Source: Oculina patagonica (lineage: Eukaryota). Taken from it: a stretch of 64,000 nucleotides of DNA. The position numbers and the translations under genes were made by a program. The stretch lies in the NCBI RefSeq assembly GCF_052425735.1, contig NC_135766.1, positions 25,234,001-25,298,000 on the forward strand, in the 5' to 3' direction. The notes below the pieces were generated by a model. It did not search any database and was not told the DNA's origin. It was given only the letters and a program-made list of their open reading frames with translations. Positions 62,790-64,000 of this stretch are shown in pieces (the first letter of the stretch is position 1; each line of letters starts with the position of its first letter).

Positions 62790-63161
62790 ATAGGGAGCTT
62801 TAGCAATGACGACGGCGACGCCGAGAACAACGCCTGGTGCAAAATGAATTTGTATTTTACTCGAGAATCTCGCGATTATCCAGAGTTATTCAGTGTGTCT
62901 ATTGGTTTAGGAACAAGTCCAAGCTGAATGTGTAAAGAAAGCGTCCATCCCCAAATAGAAATACGGAAATTTAGCTGTCATTGTTCACGTTCTCCAATAT
63001 ACGCAATACTTGGTCATTTCACGTGGTTGTTTCGCAAAGAACGGCCAAGAAATGTACCAGGATTGAAAACGCACGTGCAGAGTTATTATTTTGCTAATTA
63101 AACCTTTTGTTTGGTGACGTTCTCGTTCACGTTGCCGTCGTGGTTTGCTAAAACTCCCTAT
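62790..63161. mobile_element. MITE (AGGGAG...CTCCCT termini)
   Basis: ATAGGGAGCTTTAGCAATGACGACGGC ... GCCGTCGTGGTTTGCTAAAACTCCCTAT. Confidence 0.75.
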
Positions 63162-63297
63162 AATATAATATAACGAACGACGAACAGTTATTTTTATTCT
63201 ATTGCCTTAGATCAAAATTAATTATATTTAATTTTTACAAAAGTGTCATCAATGGATTGCAGTCTTTAGCGACCGATTCTTATAGCAAAGTCCTGGC

Positions 63298-63803
63298 TCA
63301 TGCTTCAGCGTCTTTTAACAATGAATAAGTCTTTTCTGAACTCTTTTTCTCTGCGCTTTTGTCAGGCTGTGGAGGCTTGAGATGTTTTATCAACCTTTCT
63401 TCCCAGGTTTTACGCTCAGTGAAGTCATAATGATCCAGGAAGGTTCTGTTGCGCAGAGCTTTAGGCAGCTTGCTCCGATCAACTCCGTCGATTCGCATCA
63501 CAATAACCGACGAGTCACCCATCTCTGTGCTGCGGTACAAAGCCATCTCCAGTTCCCCCCGGCAAAACTTGCTTGACATGTAGTTGTGTGACATGACAGC
63601 CAGGACTTTGCGACTTGTGTACACGCTTTCTGCCATGTTGTCGACCACAGGCTTCCCAATCTCAAAGTCTCTATCGTGAATGCAGTAATTTAGCTTATGC
63701 TTTTCCAAGAGAGGTAAGAGTTCTTTGTTGACCCAGTTCAGATCCTGGCTGCTAAAGGTCACAAAAACATCATATCTAAACTGGCGTCCGTTCACTGGAG
63801 TTT
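63298..63803 (-). CDS. Terminal exon of a TIR-domain protein (TLR/IL-1R-like); upstream exons outside the window
   Basis: YDVFVTFS (box 1), CIHDRDFEIG (box 2), SRKVLAVMS...SKFCRGEL, LPKALRNRTFL; acceptor AG at 63805-63804. Confidence 0.9.
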
Positions 63804-64000
63804 CTAGTTTGTGGAAGAAACAACAACAAAAACAATAACTCTCTGCTTAATAGCCACTAAACATAACATAAAGTTGGTACGTACACCAGGGGGGTGGGGC
63901 TACTCTCTATAGTGGACTAAACGGGGAGGCTCCCACCTCCCCGAAAGGTGTAACTTTTTTAGACTATAGGTCTATGAAAGTGTAGGTATTTCACAAGTAA

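Overview
AT-rich, intron-containing animal genomic DNA. The gene set and MITE/SINE content suggest a cnidarian, probably a stony coral (inference). There is an assembly gap at 11185-11691. From left to right: (1) the right end of a Maverick/Polinton (adintovirus-like) element (1-2782), with four overlapping ORFs including a parvovirus-type PLA2, a non-coding zone holding a complete tRNA-shaped Pol III gene with a T9 terminator, a repeat-rich terminal region and an ...ACTACT terminus; (2) a large inverted duplication (arms ~2816-8544 and ~15513-21242) carrying four two-exon genes for secreted proteins with a shared 13-cysteine framework, plus a fifth, repeat-truncated paralog; (3) two Mpv17-family paralogs flanking a 13-exon gene for an unrecognised 607-aa protein with 15-, 22- and 31-nt micro-exons, plus an orphan Mpv17 exon-1 copy; (4) CLN3/battenin, SLC25A51 and SPEF1 (the last two head-to-head), and the last exon of a TIR-domain gene. 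Introns and intergenic DNA are full of nested non-autonomous transposons. The strongest novelty candidates are the Maverick-borne tRNA-like RNA and the Cys-rich secreted gene family.
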